Part shown: positions 38,918 through 48,020 of the stretch, piece by piece
Numbering within the stretch: position 1 is the first letter of the stretch
Layout: each line of letters opens with the position of its first letter
DNA from: a phage
Direction: 5' to 3' (one strand)
NCBI GenBank assembly: GCA_025823825.1
Contig: GCA_025823825.1_4720.1
DNA length: 64,000 bases
Translations under genes and position numbers: made by a program
The notes under the pieces: model-generated
Seen by the model: only the letters and a program-made list of their open reading frames with translations
What the model was told of the DNA's origin: nothing
The model's database searches: none

Positions 38918-41530
38918 TTAAGCGTCTGGTGTAAAATCAAAAGGAATGTCCGTACGAATGATATCATAACGTTTTCCTAGGAAATAAAACTCTTCGGGAA
39001 CCTGGCCGGGAATAATGCTATCGCCGATGAACTGCGGATACGCCCAGATGTACTGAGTGAGTCCTTCGAACTTATCCAGGTTATTTGCGTGGTTACCCAT
39101 GATACGTTTCCAGAGTTCGCGTTTATACGGTGTTTTAACATCGAATCCATAAAGCGGTGCAAGATCTTCACCAGGAACAAATCCCAGGTAATAATGGATC
39201 TGACTAACCGGGAAACCAAGCGTATCTCGCGGAATGGTGATCGCTTGCTCAGCCTTGGTGACATGCGTTTCAATAATCCAGTCGTAGCACTCCGAATAGA
39301 ACCGATCGAATTTCTCTGGGTTATACCACGCTTTGGGAAGATTCAGTTTCTCCGTGAACGCGTTCGACATGATCGTCGGCAAGAACGGAAGAACGCCGGT
39401 TTTGATCTGCGTGTATTTCGATTTTACCCGGTTAACCAAATTCCAGCAACTGTATCCTAATTGGTCGTTACAAAACTCAACGTAGAGATCGTAGTCACCA
39501 CCGGATAACGGGTTGTTAATATCACCGATGTCTGCGGCGTATTTGTTGGGATATCGGTTATTGAAAGCCAGTTTGGTTTGGTAATCGTAGATACACGGTT
39601 TGTTGTTCGCTGTATTGATCCACCACCAGGGTTCACCTATTTGCACACAAATGTCCTGGACATGGGGGTAGATGATATCAGCAAACGCGGTTAACACGTC
39701 CCCTAACCACGCCATCGCCTGTTGGTTACATGGAGACAGCAACCAGGACGGTGGTGTATATCCGGTTGCGGCGATGTTTCCTTCCCAATCCTGCTGCGCC
39801 CACTCGAACGGGCATGCTGTACTCATCAATTCGTAACTTAAACTGATGGTGACAGAGAAATGGTGTTTTGCAGCATATGCGGCGAAAGCTTCATGCCACG
39901 CGATACAGGGTGGATTTAATACATCCGTGGTGTTCACCAGTAACTTACCCGCACTTGGCGTCCAGACAGTATCGTAGAAATGCGACATTCCAACATAATG
40001 CACTAATTCATCTTGATACCCCGCATAAACCAGGTTTTCAAATACGCGCTCCGGCGTGATGTTGTAATGGTCATCGTAAGCGGTTATCGCACGAAGTTCG
40101 TGTGGTGTACAATGATGGCGATTAACCGTCATTTCTTGATACACCCCATCGATAGGAAGAATCTCGAGGGTTAAACCGAGGTCGATTGGCGTTTCCAGAT
40201 AGGTCGTTTCAGTCGCATCTTCCTTATAATGTCGAGAACTCATGCTGAACATCAACGACGTTACCGATTCGAGTTCGATAGGCTCGTCAGCATAGAACCC
40301 CGCCATTGCGTCATTGAAATCGATCGTTACGATTGCGCTTCTACCGTCTTCAGAGACATCGGTGGCGTATCGGGTTAATGAGATATACTGACGGCTATCG
40401 TCTTTGTGTACGATGGTTAGAACCGGCGGGTTTTCGGTATCTGCAAAGTTACGCTGATCGCCAGTAAACGTGATCTTCGCTTTAAAGATCAAACCGAATA
40501 ACGACGTCATGGGATCATACGCAATACAACCGTGATCCAGCGTATCCGTTGTCCGCCATTCTATCCCGACCAACCCGTTAGCGGTATGGCATCGCATATA
40601 CGCATTAAGGACCATGTCTTCACTGACAACCGCGAAGTTCTCTGTTGACTGACCGTTGATAATCCAATACATCGGTTGCCAGAGGTTACGCGTACCTTTT
40701 GCGTAGCGGTAGGTTGGTGCGCCTTTAGGGTTGCCATTATTGAGATGGAATACGGCAGTACCTTGATAATGGTCGTTCGTATTAATCGGAACACTGTAAG
40801 CATCACCGAGATCCGTACGTTCGACCTTCGTGACTGTTGCGTTTTCAAATAACCCACGTAGCGCCGGTAAACCGATATCTTCAGGCGCGTTTTCTCGACG
40901 AATCGCATCCGCGATGCGGTGGGCTAAGGCAGGGTAAATGACCTCACCCTGCTGTAGGTTTGCAAGACCTACAAAGCGATCGGGGTCGATGCTAGCAATC
41001 AATAACTCGACATCACCCTTCGTTCTATCGTCGTTAAGATATTTCAGTCCGGTAAGGTCAAGATGCTGAATAAGCGACAACAGGTTGTATTTACGGTTTT
41101 CAACAGTTAGTACAAGATCGCCTGCCCAAACCAAACTTCCCTCATCCGCTGTTACTTTAACGGATTGTCGGCCTGTGGTAGACGTTGTTGTCGTTTTATT
41201 TAATTGTCCTTGTAGGAAGTCGGTTGCGAGGTCAAAGGCAATGCCGTAACGGTCAGCGACCGCTTGCATGATTTCACGTAACTGGGTATCTTCTTCAATG
41301 ATAATCTTGACAGGTATTCCCAAGAACGCTTTAGCGAGGTCTCGTTTAACCAACGAGACGAATACGGATTTGTAGTATCGACTTCCATCTTTCCCTTTAA
41401 AAAGAATGGAGGTTGTTTCGGGTGCCGATAGAACACGTGCAAATTCAACATCGTCGAAAGTAAGAGAAAGTCCGTTTTTCTCGTTGGTTAATCTTAGTAT
41501 TTCATTTTGCGCGGTTTCATGTAACTTCAT
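38918..41530 (-). CDS. putative receptor-binding protein/tailspike (870 aa) with shared N-terminal anchor domain
   Basis: N-terminal 110 aa (RDLAKAFLGIPVKII...ADRYGIAFDL) conserved with N-termini of 47425-47952 and 48108-49862 genes; divergent C-terminal region. Confidence 0.7.
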   Translation of the reverse strand: MKLHETAQNEILRLTNEKNGLSLTFDDVEFARVLSAPETTSILFKGKDGSRYYKSVFVSLVKRDLAKAFLGIPVKIIIEEDTQLREIMQAVADRYGIAFDLATDFLQGQLNKTTTTSTTGRQSVKVTADEGSLVWAGDLVLTVENRKYNLLSLIQHLDLTGLKYLNDDRTKGDVELLIASIDPDRFVGLANLQQGEVIYPALAHRIADAIRRENAPEDIGLPALRGLFENATVTKVERTDLGDAYSVPINTNDHYQGTAVFHLNNGNPKGAPTYRYAKGTRNLWQPMYWIINGQSTENFAVVSEDMVLNAYMRCHTANGLVGIEWRTTDTLDHGCIAYDPMTSLFGLIFKAKITFTGDQRNFADTENPPVLTIVHKDDSRQYISLTRYATDVSEDGRSAIVTIDFNDAMAGFYADEPIELESVTSLMFSMSSRHYKEDATETTYLETPIDLGLTLEILPIDGVYQEMTVNRHHCTPHELRAITAYDDHYNITPERVFENLVYAGYQDELVHYVGMSHFYDTVWTPSAGKLLVNTTDVLNPPCIAWHEAFAAYAAKHHFSVTISLSYELMSTACPFEWAQQDWEGNIAATGYTPPSWLLSPCNQQAMAWLGDVLTAFADIIYPHVQDICVQIGEPWWWINTANNKPCIYDYQTKLAFNNRYPNKYAADIGDINNPLSGGDYDLYVEFCNDQLGYSCWNLVNRVKSKYTQIKTGVLPFLPTIMSNAFTEKLNLPKAWYNPEKFDRFYSECYDWIIETHVTKAEQAITIPRDTLGFPVSQIHYYLGFVPGEDLAPLYGFDVKTPYKRELWKRIMGNHANNLDKFEGLTQYIWAYPQFIGDSIIPGQVPEEFYFLGKRYDIIRTDIPFDFTPDA

Positions 41531-41552
41531 TAAAAACCTCAGCCCTTTAGAA

Positions 41553-42194
41553 TTAGATGTACTGCTTACCGCCCACGAAGGAAGTTAACCAGTTCCCGCT
41601 GACGAGTTGTGATACCCAACCTGGAACGGCTCTACCATTCTGGCTCATGATGTTACCACACCAACCAGGGAATCCGGGACGGATGTAATAGAAAGTTAAA
41701 TTGTAGAGATGGCAATTCCATACCGCAACGTTATGTTTACCAGAAACCGCTTTAAAGATAAACGCGACAGGTAACGGAGACGATAACAATTCGGTCACAG
41801 GGACGGCTGACCAGTTCGCATTCGCGTTCCATGGTTGCCAGGTATGGCTACGCGAGTCACCGTTAACGTTACCGTTGCTACCGCGTCCGCCCGCGTTCCA
41901 CCAAAGCGATGGACTCATGTTCTTAAGTGAGGTAAATTGCTGTGGTGGAATATTCGGAATGATAACAGGGTTGGTACCTTGTCCGTGTTTCTTTTCTTTT
42001 GCGTTCACATAGCCGTTTATCGATTCCAGGTATTTGGTACCAGGATAATTGTTCTGGACTTGTGTCGCAATATCACGAACATCGAACGTCCAGCAGATCA
42101 TGGTGTTGTAGTAAGCATCGGTGTTGTCGTACCATGCGTTACCATCTTGTAAACGTGCGCCACTATTCGGTGTTTTATCTGTGTTTATAGCCAT
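41553..42194 (-). CDS. hypothetical protein (213 aa), paralog of 42306-43022
   Basis: C-terminal IRPGFPGWCGNIMSQNGRAVPGWVSQLVSGNWLTSFVGGKQY nearly identical to neighbour. Confidence 0.7.
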   Translation of the reverse strand: MAINTDKTPNSGARLQDGNAWYDNTDAYYNTMICWTFDVRDIATQVQNNYPGTKYLESINGYVNAKEKKHGQGTNPVIIPNIPPQQFTSLKNMSPSLWWNAGGRGSNGNVNGDSRSHTWQPWNANANWSAVPVTELLSSPLPVAFIFKAVSGKHNVAVWNCHLYNLTFYYIRPGFPGWCGNIMSQNGRAVPGWVSQLVSGNWLTSFVGGKQYI

Positions 42195-42305
42195 AGTGTT
42201 GTCCTATACTGCGATGATTGAGATATCGGATGCCGGATGTGTGTTGCCATCAGGTGGTACGTACAGAAACACCCACAGATAAAACAGTAGCTTCTCTAAC
42301 TTCAA

Positions 42306-43022
42306 TTAAATTGAAGTTAGATATTGTTTACCTCCAACAAACGACGTTAACCAATTACCTGAAACAAGTTGCGATGCCCAGCCAGGCACTGCCCTACCGT
42401 TCTGGCTCATCACGTTACCTGCCCATCCCGGAAAACCCGGTCGGAAAATATATACTTGAATATGTGTTAAAGCGTTATCATTACCACTGCCAACAGCAAC
42501 GTTACGACTCCCAGATGACGGGAAATATTCTTTTAAGAACAGAGGATCGGTTGCTAATAAAGATGCGGGCCAAGGGTTCGCGGATGCATCAACATCGAAT
42601 TCGGTCCATCGCCATTTACGTCCCGTGTCGAACCATGTCGATGTACCACCACCCCTCACGGCAAGATTGCGCGCATCACGGACATTATAAATTGATTCGA
42701 TGTTACGCCATCCACCTTTTGCAGCGTTTGCTGCATAGCAAACCGCATTACCACCATTCTTCTTCTCGTAAACGGTTCGTTTGATATGAACACGGTCGAT
42801 GAACGCTTCACCGTATTTGTTGACGAGCGTTTGTGCGATATCACGAAGATCGTGCATGTGAAAAGCGATGTCTTCGTTATGGAACCATGTTGTCTGGTTC
42901 CAGACGGTACCGTTTGGTTCGGCACACATCGATCGGATATTGTTGCGTTGATTAATCGCGATAAAACCCATTGTATACCTCGTTCCTATTCTCAAAAAGG
43001 AAATTTCATACGATGACGCCAT
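42306..43022 (-). CDS. hypothetical protein (238 aa from internal ATG), paralog of 41553-42194
   Basis: Internal ATG (MASSYEISF); the upstream residues of the track ORF are a translated hairpin element whose arm GGAGGAGC serves as SD. Confidence 0.7.
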   Translation of the reverse strand: MASSYEISFLRIGTRYTMGFIAINQRNNIRSMCAEPNGTVWNQTTWFHNEDIAFHMHDLRDIAQTLVNKYGEAFIDRVHIKRTVYEKKNGGNAVCYAANAAKGGWRNIESIYNVRDARNLAVRGGGTSTWFDTGRKWRWTEFDVDASANPWPASLLATDPLFLKEYFPSSGSRNVAVGSGNDNALTHIQVYIFRPGFPGWAGNVMSQNGRAVPGWASQLVSGNWLTSFVGGKQYLTSI

Positions 43023-43026
43023 AGCA

Positions 43027-43056
43027 GCTCCTCCTTCCCTTACGGGTTGGAGGAGC
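43027..43056. repeat. GC-rich hairpin element whose arm provides the SD of 42306-43022
   Basis: Minus-strand reading GCTCCTCC-AACCCGTAAGGGAA-GGAGGAGC-TGCT-ATG. Confidence 0.6.
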
Positions 43057-43064
43057 ATACTTAA

Positions 43065-43571
43065 TTACTCGCTGATAACCTCAACGGAATTGGGATCAGC
43101 GATCATCGCACGGTCAGTAGAACAATTGAAGAAGACCATGCCGACACCATCGCCGTTCGAGTTCAGGGTTGAACTTACGTAAGACAGGGTTGGTTTATTC
43201 ATGCGGTAGAAGCGTTCGCTGGTAGCGGTATTGAACCCCAGATCAACGTAGTCTTTCACCGTGGTATACAACTGTGTGGATTCGAAAACGGTTACCGGAG
43301 AGTCGACGGTAAACTGACTACCTTCATCCACAACCAGAACTTTATCGTTCCAGATTTCAGTGGTTGAAAACTTCGGTTTCCAATGTTCGAATTCCTGGGT
43401 TGCTCCCCAGCAGGAATACACAGCGAGATTGCTGTTCTTCTCAACCGGTTTCAATCCCACCAGTTGTGTCAGGTCTTTATCCAGGTTCGGTAAGCCTTCC
43501 AGCGTAGCGCACCCACCCAGAGAAAGTACCATCAACATACCAAGAATAATCGCGCAGAGTTTCTTCATCAT
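43065..43571 (-). CDS. putative lipoprotein (168 aa)
   Basis: Signal peptide MMKKLCAIILGMLMVLSLGGC with lipobox-like LGGC. Confidence 0.7.
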   Translation of the reverse strand: MMKKLCAIILGMLMVLSLGGCATLEGLPNLDKDLTQLVGLKPVEKNSNLAVYSCWGATQEFEHWKPKFSTTEIWNDKVLVVDEGSQFTVDSPVTVFESTQLYTTVKDYVDLGFNTATSERFYRMNKPTLSYVSSTLNSNGDGVGMVFFNCSTDRAMIADPNSVEVISE

Positions 43572-43619
43572 TAGATTTCCTTATGTGTTAACGGAAGTGA
43601 CTTCCATAAGGATTGATGA

Positions 43620-44072
43620 TTACTTTTTGAGCGCTTTAAGTTCTTCTTCCAACGCTTCCACTTTTGCCGTAAGCTTCTGTACTTGTTTGATTAATGGAAC
43701 CACCAAACGTTCGTACATAACACCTTCAGCGACGAGTCCGTTAGAAGAAACGATAGCGGGGTCATCTTCTTCGGTTGCATCACGCCAGTGCACGTACTGC
43801 GGTGCGATCTCACCAACCTCTTCAGCAATCAACCCATACCAACCCCAATCCTTGTTGTCTGCTTCACATGTGGAACGATACCAAACAGGACGCATCTCCA
43901 ATACTTTATCCGCTTGTTCATCCGTGATATTCTCGATATCTTTCTTATAGCGACGCGACGACGTTGAACGAAACACATTGTTGATCCCAGAAACAGGACT
44001 GATATACATGTTAGCCCCGCTGGTTGTAGTGCTAATGTCCCATACCGCAAATCCGCCGTTACTCCCATTTTT
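43620..44072 (-). CDS. S74-type intramolecular chaperone-like domain, open frame out of phase (+1) with upstream tail fiber gene; probable frameshift-fused fiber C-terminus or homopolymer artefact
   Basis: SSRRYKKDIENI...WYGLIAEEV...PQYV...YERLVVPLIKQVQKL...LEEELKALKK matches the auto-processing chaperone pattern; frame open from 44072, first ATG only at 44009; A7 run at junction. Confidence 0.55.
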   Translation of the reverse strand, partial: KNGSNGGFAVWDISTTTSGANMYISPVSGINNVFRSTSSRRYKKDIENITDEQADKVLEMRPVWYRSTCEADNKDWGWYGLIAEEVGEIAPQYVHWRDATEEDDPAIVSSNGLVAEGVMYERLVVPLIKQVQKLTAKVEALEEELKALKK

Positions 44073-47000
44073 TTACGATCAATGTGTTGGCAATAATGTC
44101 CAGGTTATTGTCGTAACCGGTTAATTGTCTTTCCGTTACATAACTGGATAGATTGACCGAGTAGTTCTTACTGTTATAACAACGACGCCATCCTGGGCTG
44201 TTGGTACTGCCATTATAGTTGTCGTAGCTATAAATGAACTCGGAGTTGGTTTTCGCACCACTGACGGAAGACGTGGTTGCGGTCGTAACACGGATGGTAT
44301 AGTTTGTCATCCCGAAGCTAACGACCTCGATAACAGCACCAGCCAGAGGGATAATACCGCACTTGGTTTCACTGTCTGGGATGTATGCGCTGTCGGCAGC
44401 TGCGAAGGAGCAACGTGCGACCCAGGCGCGGGTATTGAATGCACCTTGGTTTTGCAACAACGTGATAAACGATGAGGTCGTAATCGAGCTGTTATTATCA
44501 CCGGTGATCAACCAGCCGGTCGGGCATGCGGTTGCGCCAACGTTTTTCGCTGTTAACGTGATGTTCTGCGATCCGTCGAAGGCTACGCCACTGATAGTGC
44601 GCGCAGTCTGCAGTTTCGTCGCCGTTGCTGCGTTCCCTGATGTGTTCTGGTTCCCTGCGGCGTTAACACCCGGCAGATTGATATTCGCACTACCGTCGAA
44701 AGACACCCCACCAATGGTGCGGGCGGTTTTCAGTTTTGTCGCCGTGGCGGCATTACCGGTCGTGTCTTGGTTACCGGTGGTGTTTACCCCAGGTAGGTTG
44801 ATATTGGCCGTTCCGTTAAATGAAACACCACCAATCGTCCGTGCCGTTTGCAACTTCGTTGCGGATGCCGCATTCCCCGTGGTGTTTTGGTTACCTGTTG
44901 TATTCACACCTGGGATACTATCCTTAGATGTGTAGATCTGTGCCCATTCCGACCAGTTCGCATCTGATGCATCACGACGCGAACGTAGGTAAGCTGGAGC
45001 GTGTGCGCCTGAAGTACCTGACCATCCAATAAGGATCTCACCTTCACCTACTGCGGTTGCTCCTTTAAGATGAACAACGTTACCGTAGGCTGTAGGGTAT
45101 CCGTTATTGTACGCTTCATACATCTGGATGCCCGTATTGCTGCCCTGGGTCGCATTAGCTAAAGCGGTGACTCGTCCCATGGAAGCGAGCACGTTAATGC
45201 TAAAGCTAATATCAGTTGTACCATCAAAGGCGACCCCATTAATCTTCCGTGCTGTTTGGAGTTTCGTGGCAGTAGCCGCATTACCAGAGGTACTCTGATT
45301 ACCTGCTTTGTTCACGCCTGGTAAATCAATGTTGGCGGTTCCATCAAAGGACACACCCCCTATGGTTCTCGCCGTCTGAAGTTTTGTTGCTGAACCGGCG
45401 TTTCCGGAAGTGCTTTGATTACCCGCCGCGTTAACACCCGGTAGGTTAATGCTAGCAGAACCATCAAAAGAAACACCACCGATTGTGACAGCCGTTTTCA
45501 ATTTCGTGGCTGTCGCAGCGTTACCCGTTGTATTCTGATTGCCAGCTGCATTGACGCCAGGTAATGCGATATCAGCTGTGCCATCGAACGCGACACCGCC
45601 TATTTTACGGGCGGTTTGTAGCTTGGTTGCTGTAGCGGCATTACCGCTGGTATTTTGCGTACCGGCTTTATTTACACCGGGAAGATCGATGTTAGCAGAA
45701 CCGTCGAAGCTGACGCCACCTATTGTTCTTGCGGTAGCGAGTTTAGTTGCTGTGGTTGCAGCATTACCAGCCTTTAACCATTCGCCCCATGGGCCATCCA
45801 CGCCGTTCCATGAAGCTGTTAAACTACGTACGTAAATATTTCCTGTACGTACGGTGTAACGCTGTGTTCCACCGAATTGCCCAGCTGGGAGCACTTCGAT
45901 GTAACCTACTGCGTTTGCTTCAGGGAAATTGTGGGCAGCATCAGCATTCGTTGACGTTTGTTTGGACCAAATACCCACAGACGCTTCAACCGGACCGTAG
46001 GTATTTAGATTCGCATCGGTGGGAAGCTGTCCTCGGAAACGTCGGAATAATGAAGCTGTTAACCCCAACGTTGTTTGCATCCCTTCAATGCTTGACTGCG
46101 ATAAAAGCGCCCGAGCTGTCGACGTGATAGCCGCTAAAGCAACCTTATCCGTACCGGTAAAATACGGGAATTTGTTTGCTGAAGTTGCTAAACCTGAAAG
46201 GGCGGTCAGTAATGCGTTAAGGGGTTGTTTCCCAGCCAGCGCGTTAGTTACTGTTGTTGCGAAATTAGGGTCGTTGCCTAAAGCTTGAGCCAGCTCATTA
46301 AGCGTATTTAGCGCTTCTGGCGACGAGTCGATCAGTGATGCGATAGCACGCATCACAAATTCCGTGTTGGCGATCTGTTGACTGCTATCGTTATCTGCAG
46401 CCGTAGGTGCTGCTGGGATACCGGTGAACACAGGGTTATTAAGATCTGCCTTGAGAGCGATGAGACGTCTAAGCGCTTCGACATCGACTTTCAGGTTTTC
46501 CCATCCGACGAGATAACCATCACCGGTTGTATGATAACGGTTGTACCAAAAATCACCATTGACACCGAAATAGAATATTCCTTTCTCTTCGTATTGTGGG
46601 CCGGAACTGTTCCGTGATGAGCTAATGTATTTTATTTCGATAAGGCCGTCGAATACCACTCCTGGGATGATTTTATTATTTCCAGCTGGCTGTGATACTT
46701 GGTACATCCCCGGGGTTGCGGCTTTAACCCACGTTAAGAATTCTGTTACTCCGGCGCTACCACTGAAATTCTTAACGTCGGTAAGTATCGCCCCATAACC
46801 GAACATACCGGGTAGAGCAACTCGTCCGCTGGTACGGTCACGAATATTTGATGCGACGACAGGCAGCTGTTTACGAACATTGTTAACCGCCTTAGGTGTG
46901 GCCGATTTTGTCTCGTCATCGCTATCGATGGCGTTGCTCAGGATGGTCAGTCCTCGAGTATTTGTGGTCGCATCAGGAAGAAACGCGTTATCCAACACCT

Positions 47001-47418
47001 TAAGTTGTACAGCGCTCGTGTTACTAACAACGAGATACATCTGACAGTTAAGAACGCTGGATGCACCTTCAGTAGGCACCGGCTTATATCTTTCCGGTGC
47101 GCTGCAAACAGCGATCAGAACACCCTGATCGTCATACAGACCGATTTCACGTACCCAGAATCCACCTTGGTTTACAGGAATAATACCCTCAACAATAATC
47201 CTGGTTGTGTCATCCGTATCGACACGGATATTAGCAACTTCCCCACGATAAACTTCGTGTACGAGCGCTGTTTGACCAACAGCCGGTGTCGGTATCGACC
47301 CGTTACCATCGCCAACAGCAAAATGTGTGATTTTTAGTTTCTCGCCACCAGGAAGTAGTGCGGCGGCGATACGTTCAGCGCCTTTATCGGTAATGACCGT
47401 TTTATATGTTGTACTCAT
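44059..47418 (-). CDS. tail fiber protein (1119 aa) with P2 gpH-like N-terminal domain and tandem 33-aa fiber repeats
   Basis: N-terminus TVITDKGAERIAAAL...ITHFAVGDGNG...GQTALVHEVYRG...GGFWVREIGLYDDQGVLIAV resembles the P2 gpH / lambda Stf fiber N-terminus (from memory); 8-9 repeats of TARTIGGVSFDGSANIxLPGVNxAGNQxTSGNAATATKLQ. Confidence 0.85.
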   Translation of the reverse strand: MSTTYKTVITDKGAERIAAALLPGGEKLKITHFAVGDGNGSIPTPAVGQTALVHEVYRGEVANIRVDTDDTTRIIVEGIIPVNQGGFWVREIGLYDDQGVLIAVCSAPERYKPVPTEGASSVLNCQMYLVVSNTSAVQLKVLDNAFLPDATTNTRGLTILSNAIDSDDETKSATPKAVNNVRKQLPVVASNIRDRTSGRVALPGMFGYGAILTDVKNFSGSAGVTEFLTWVKAATPGMYQVSQPAGNNKIIPGVVFDGLIEIKYISSSRNSSGPQYEEKGIFYFGVNGDFWYNRYHTTGDGYLVGWENLKVDVEALRRLIALKADLNNPVFTGIPAAPTAADNDSSQQIANTEFVMRAIASLIDSSPEALNTLNELAQALGNDPNFATTVTNALAGKQPLNALLTALSGLATSANKFPYFTGTDKVALAAITSTARALLSQSSIEGMQTTLGLTASLFRRFRGQLPTDANLNTYGPVEASVGIWSKQTSTNADAAHNFPEANAVGYIEVLPAGQFGGTQRYTVRTGNIYVRSLTASWNGVDGPWGEWLKAGNAATTATKLATARTIGGVSFDGSANIDLPGVNKAGTQNTSGNAATATKLQTARKIGGVAFDGTADIALPGVNAAGNQNTTGNAATATKLKTAVTIGGVSFDGSASINLPGVNAAGNQSTSGNAGSATKLQTARTIGGVSFDGTANIDLPGVNKAGNQSTSGNAATATKLQTARKINGVAFDGTTDISFSINVLASMGRVTALANATQGSNTGIQMYEAYNNGYPTAYGNVVHLKGATAVGEGEILIGWSGTSGAHAPAYLRSRRDASDANWSEWAQIYTSKDSIPGVNTTGNQNTTGNAASATKLQTARTIGGVSFNGTANINLPGVNTTGNQDTTGNAATATKLKTARTIGGVSFDGSANINLPGVNAAGNQNTSGNAATATKLQTARTISGVAFDGSQNITLTAKNVGATACPTGWLITGDNNSSITTSSFITLLQNQGAFNTRAWVARCSFAAADSAYIPDSETKCGIIPLAGAVIEVVSFGMTNYTIRVTTATTSSVSGAKTNSEFIYSYDNYNGSTNSPGWRRCYNSKNYSVNLSSYVTERQLTGYDNNLDIIANTLIVKKWE
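44540..45760 (-). repeat. in-frame tandem repeats of about 99 bp (33 aa) inside the tail fiber gene, two blocks
   Basis: Repeated peptide unit read in translation; coordinates back-calculated from protein positions, approximate. Confidence 0.7.
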
Positions 47419-47424
47419 GGCGTT

Positions 47425-47952
47425 TTATCCCGGGTAAATAGTGATGGTGTCACCAACGATAGTTGTAGCACCGGCGTAAAGATACGCTGGTGATGCCTCA
47501 CGTTGGTTTGTCACGATAAGATCCAGTCTCCCACGCCAAACCACGGAGGTATTCGCGATGGGAATCGAGATCTTCTTGGAAGTATCGTCACGAAAATTAA
47601 TGGCGGTAGCAAGGGTAACTGAATCAAAATCAACGTCGGGTTCAAAGTTGAATCCGTATTGATCTGAAATAGCTTGAATAACCGCTCTTATGGTTGTTGT
47701 TTCAACCGACTCCAAAACGATTTTTATCGGTATTCCTAGAAATGCTTTCGCGATATCACGTCGTGTGTAAGTGATAAAACTTTCACCACACCACCTTGTT
47801 CCTTCATTTGCTGTGACGATCACTTTTGCCCTGTTAGCACCAGAACTCCCATCCAGGGTTAAAGTGAGATCGGAGTTGCTGAATACACTACCGTTACGTT
47901 GGTTTATCAACGTAATAAGTTCGTCTTTCCATGGTGGGTAAAGTGAACGCAT
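47425..47952 (-). CDS. short protein (175 aa) made mostly of the shared RBP N-terminal anchor domain
   Basis: Internal ATG (MRSLYPPWKDELITLINQRNG) preceded by GGAGGAGGG; aligns with N-termini of 38918 and 48108 genes (RRDIAKAFLGIPIKIV...DQYGFNFE). Confidence 0.65.
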   Translation of the reverse strand: MRSLYPPWKDELITLINQRNGSVFSNSDLTLTLDGSSGANRAKVIVTANEGTRWCGESFITYTRRDIAKAFLGIPIKIVLESVETTTIRAVIQAISDQYGFNFEPDVDFDSVTLATAINFRDDTSKKISIPIANTSVVWRGRLDLIVTNQREASPAYLYAGATTIVGDTITIYPG

Positions 47953-47975
47953 ATGCGCACCCTCCTCCAATAATC

Positions 47976-48020
47976 AAATTAAAATGCAAAACGCCTCGAA
48001 ACCAGGGTGCGATTCGAGGC
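47976..48020 (-). terminator. putative intrinsic terminator (hairpin GCCTCGAA-N12-TTCGAGGC followed by U-rich tract on minus strand)
   Basis: 8-bp stem, then GUUUUGCAUUUUAAUUUG on the minus-strand transcript, downstream of 48108-49862. Confidence 0.4.

Noticed and set aside
43829-44068. 79-aa minus-strand ORF in the third frame across the fiber/chaperone junction
   Set aside because: Overlaps the S74-like chaperone frame, has no RBS or recognisable features, and shows arbitrary composition; treated as an overlapping-frame artefact.
44400-45800. Regularly spaced repeats that could be mistaken for a CRISPR-like array
   Set aside because: The repeats are in-frame coding units of the tail fiber (33-aa fiber repeat) with no unique spacers or leader; no CRISPR array is present in the window.
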